A DNA stretch of 64,000 nt from Candidatus Binatia bacterium (GTDB lineage Bacteria > Desulfobacterota > Binatia > Bin18): positions 2,752,001 through 2,816,000 of the forward strand of contig OY761159.2 of assembly GCA_963664395.2 (NCBI GenBank). The letters run 5' to 3'. The translations under genes and the position numbers were made by a program. This document shows, piece after piece, positions 61,051 through 64,000 of the stretch. Position 1 is the stretch's first letter; the number at the start of each line of letters is the position of its first letter. Below the pieces are notes generated by a model. The model did no database searches, had not been told where the DNA came from, and was given only the letters and a program-made list of their open reading frames with translations.

Positions 61051-64000
61051 CTACTCCACGTCCGTAATCACAAAGTTCTGACTGGTCTGCTGCCATTCCA
61101 GCGTGACGGTCTGGGCCAGGCCGGGGAAGTCCTCGATGACACACTCCCCCTCGACCCCGCGTAGAAACTCTTCTCCCAGGGTCGTCACCCGCACCGTGGC
61201 CCGGCCTAACTCTACCCCATCCACGAACGCTACGACTTCATGCTCCCCCTCCCCCAATAGATTCCAGTTGAACAAGAGGCCAAAGCCGTTGTCCGTATCC
61301 CCACACGCTTCCGCGGTATCCACCCGCTCCGTGCCATACGCTGCCACGTGGCGCCTGACCGCTCCCCCCTCGGTCGTGATCTCGATCTCCACCTCGTCTC
61401 CCTCGCACACCCAGCCCGACAGCACCCCGATGCCACTCTGAAACGAGTTGGGGCCGGGGTTCTCCAGATAGCCCACCTCGGCTGACCCGGCCCGGTTCAT
61501 TCCTGTCGGGGCCGGACCGGCTCGGATCGCAAAGTTCTGACTGTTCTGCTGCCAGACTAAGCGCACCCGCTCGCCTGCATGTGGAAAGTCTTCGACTAGA
61601 CACTCGCCCGCGGCGGCGCGGAGAAACTCCTCCCCGAAGGTCGTCACGGTCACCATGGCCCGTCCGAGTTCGACCCCGTCAACGCGGGCCACGACCTCAT
61701 GCTCGCCATCGCCCAGCAGGTTCCAGTTGAACAGGAGGCCAAAGCCATTGTCCGTGTCCCCACACACCCCGGCTGTGTCTAACCGCTCCGTCCCATACGC
61801 CGCCTCCTGCGGGGTCCCGTTCAACTGGATCTCGACCGTCTCCGCCTCGCAGACCCACCCGGAGAGAACCCCGATGCCACTCTGAAACGAATCGGCGCCG
61901 GGGTTCTCTAAGAACCCTACCACCAGATACGTCTCCACGGTGTACGTCCCGGTCTGCCGCCCGTTGCCCGCCACGGCCACCACCACCAGCCCCGCTGCCA
62001 CCGGCACGCTCAGCCGAAAGTTCCGCCGGGCGCCCCCGCTGTCCGCCATCCCCAACTCGACATCGTTCAGCCACACAGTCCCCACCGTATCGGTCGAGCC
62101 CGTGGTCTCCACCACCAACACGCCGGCGTGGGGCACGCTGAGCGTGAAGTAGTCCACATCGTCCGCACTGTTGGCTTGCCCCGGCGTGGAGGACGTCCAC
62201 GGCGCGGTGCCGCCAAGGGAGACCGCGGTCGCCTGCCCCGGGCTGTCCCCGTGCCGGTCCTGGGGGCCGCTGCCCCCGCCACCCCCGCCCGTACCGCCGG
62301 TGTTACCCGGTGGGGGCGGCGGGGGCGGGCGGTCGTCATCCAGAATCGTACCAAGCGCGCCATCCGTACCGACATTGACTATTCTGACCCCGAACGGCAG
62401 GCTGTTTGTCGTTACGAACAAGAGCAAGGTCTCGTTGGGCTCAATCGCCGTATCGTCTGTTGTTTGCACCGTAATCGTGCGGGTGCTCTCGCCCGCCGGG
62501 ATCGTTACGGACCCGGACTGGTTCGCCGGATAGTCCACACCGGCCGTCGCCGTTCCAACCCGGATATCGCTCATATGCCAGTCAAGGATTATGTCCGCCG
62601 GCACCGGCGCCGACAACTGCACTGTGAAGCGGATGGGCGTGCCCTCCGCCGCTGCGCTGTTATTGACGGTGATCTCGACGAACTCGACGGCGACCTCCAC
62701 CTCGTACAGCCCGGTTTGCTGGTCCGTGGCCCCCCGGACCTTCAGGTAATACACACCCGCCTCAAGGCGTCGTTGGAGCAGAAAATCCTTGCTGGCGAAC
62801 GACACGGCCTCGCTGGTCGCAATCGACATGCTATTGCTGTCCAACAGCTCGCCGACGAGCCGGAGTTGGGGAGCAAGAGTCAAAGCAGCAATACCGCGAA
62901 TGACCAGGTCGGTCGCGGCGGGCAGTTCAATTCTGAAGTAATCGACGTCGCCGGCGGGAGCGATCAGGCCCCCTGCGGTATCGCGGTGCACCTGGGGGGT
63001 GATGGTCAACTCCGCGGCATCGGCCGGGCCTGCCGTATCCTGCCCCGTCCCGGTTTTCAGAGAATAGAATCCTGTCGCACCCGCATGCCCACTGACCTTG
63101 ATGGAGTATATTCCTGCGGGGAGCGAGCGGGCGAGGAAAAAATTATTCCGGCCGATCACGTCATAATTATTTTCCGCAATCAGGTGGCCATTGCTGTCCA
63201 GCACCTGCCCGACGGTATCAAGCCCACCGGTGGTGCGGATGGTGATATCGGTCGTGGCGGACAGGTCGATCGTGAAGTAATCGACGTCGGAGCTGGAGGT
63301 GATGGCTCCTTTCACCGTGCGATTCAGCGGCAGGTCCGCTGCCGTGGCCCGGTCGTTGCCGTGGTCAGGCGTCGTCTCGGTTTGCAGCGTATAGAATCCT
63401 GTCGCGCTCCCGCGAGCGCTGACCTTGAGGTAGTACGTCGTGCCTGCGGCAAGCGCGTAGACGAGGGAAAAATCTTTCGGATTGCGGAAGAAATCAATAT
63501 TGCCGTCGTTGTTTTGCGTCAGCACATTGCCATTGCTGTCCAATAACTGCCCCACGGTATCAATTCCACTATAGGTGCGGACATGGATCTCGGTCGCGGC
63601 GGCCGGTTCGATCGTGAAGTAATCGACGTCGGAGCCGGAGCTGATATATCCCAGCACGGTACTATCCAGCGGCAGGGACGCCGCGGTGGGCCGGTCGTCG
63701 CCGTGGTCTGCGGTTCTTGTCGGCGTGACGTCGGACCACGCCCCGGCGCCCGTGGCGTTGTGCGCCCGCACCTGTACCCCGTACCACCAATCGTCCAGGA
63801 GTCCGCTGAGCGTATATTCCAGCACGCCGGCGTCGACCGTCACCGTCCCAGCGTAGTTGTAAGTACTGCTCTGGTAGTGGAGCTCGTAGGCGCTGATGGC
63901 CGAGCCGCCGGTGTCGGAGGGGGCATCCCAAATGATGTGCAGCGAGCCGCTGCCGGGGGTCACGCTCGTGATGGTTGGTGGGGCGGGCGTCTGGGCCCAG
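61051..64000 (-). CDS. large surface protein, 5' end outside window: FN3, PPC-like repeats, Calx-beta, 2x module
   Basis: WDAP/Y.VQVRA FN3; DVDYF PPC repeats; TATAGVDY...DDTAIEPNE Calx-beta. Confidence 0.8.
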   Translation of the reverse strand, partial: WAQTPAPPTITSVTPGSGSLHIIWDAPSDTGGSAISAYELHYQSSTYNYAGTVTVDAGVLEYTLSGLLDDWWYGVQVRAHNATGAGAWSDVTPTRTADHGDDRPTAASLPLDSTVLGYISSGSDVDYFTIEPAAATEIHVRTYSGIDTVGQLLDSNGNVLTQNNDGNIDFFRNPKDFSLVYALAAGTTYYLKVSARGSATGFYTLQTETTPDHGNDRATAADLPLNRTVKGAITSSSDVDYFTIDLSATTDITIRTTGGLDTVGQVLDSNGHLIAENNYDVIGRNNFFLARSLPAGIYSIKVSGHAGATGFYSLKTGTGQDTAGPADAAELTITPQVHRDTAGGLIAPAGDVDYFRIELPAATDLVIRGIAALTLAPQLRLVGELLDSNSMSIATSEAVSFASKDFLLQRRLEAGVYYLKVRGATDQQTGLYEVEVAVEFVEITVNNSAAAEGTPIRFTVQLSAPVPADIILDWHMSDIRVGTATAGVDYPANQSGSVTIPAGESTRTITVQTTDDTAIEPNETLLLFVTTNSLPFGVRIVNVGTDGALGTILDDDRPPPPPPPGNTGGTGGGGGGSGPQDRHGDSPGQATAVSLGGTAPWTSSTPGQANSADDVDYFTLSVPHAGVLVVETTGSTDTVGTVWLNDVELGMADSGGARRNFRLSVPVAAGLVVVAVAGNGRQTGTYTVETYLVVGFLENPGADSFQSGIGVLSGWVCEAETVEIQLNGTPQEAAYGTERLDTAGVCGDTDNGFGLLFNWNLLGDGEHEVVARVDGVELGRAMVTVTTFGEEFLRAAAGECLVEDFPHAGERVRLVWQQNSQNFAIRAGPAPTGMNRAGSAEVGYLENPGPNSFQSGIGVLSGWVCEGDEVEIEITTEGGAVRRHVAAYGTERVDTAEACGDTDNGFGLLFNWNLLGEGEHEVVAFVDGVELGRATVRVTTLGEEFLRGVEGECVIEDFPGLAQTVTLEWQQTSQNFVITDVE

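Larger units (their letters stand above)
40955..64000. mobile_element. tRNA-Thr-integrated genomic island (satellite-like backbone), extends beyond the window
   Basis: att fragment, integrase, HTH, primase-helicase and mosaic cargo. Confidence 0.75.

Noticed and set aside
45388-62000. Module repeats as DGR template/variable repeats
   Set aside because: No reverse transcriptase in the window, all copies are coding, and differences do not look adenine-specific by eye
49951-63546. Long plus-strand ORFs (863, 357, 445 and 472 aa)
   Set aside because: Antisense to the surface-protein genes, explained by codon bias
40955-64000. CRISPR array or integron
   Set aside because: No regularly spaced repeat-spacer units. 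The integrase is an arm-domain tRNA-targeting type, and no canonical RYYYAAC/GTTRRRY arrays were seen

Overview
GC-rich bacterial chromosome segment in two parts. The gene content resembles Binatia/Deltaproteobacteria-like, possibly sponge-associated lineages (inference only). Positions 1-40.9 kb are core and metabolic genes: cinA-like, MATE, lhgO, folK, a PAS kinase-like protein, pckG, an ethylmalonyl-CoA pathway set (mch-, mcd-, mcl-like, ecm, meaB, hbd, pduO) interrupted by a toluene-monooxygenase-like operon in ABECD order, Moco genes, miaB, a probable selenocysteine-containing ArsC missed by the ORF track, an EndoQ-UvrD fusion with a VapBC module inserted at its 3' end, a BVMO and a TauD-family dioxygenase. 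From ~40.95 kb to the window end is a genomic island integrated at tRNA-Thr(CGT): att fragment, tyrosine integrase, small HTH and a decayed primase-helicase. The island carries several ends of a family of transposase-less elements with 31-bp GGGAATTATATACC... terminal inverted repeats. One copy is complete, with an 8-bp target duplication (IS1595/ISNwi1-like mobile cassette). The island also holds five genes that share an unnamed, Cys-containing ~150-aa tandem module fused to interchangeable adhesin-type passenger domains.
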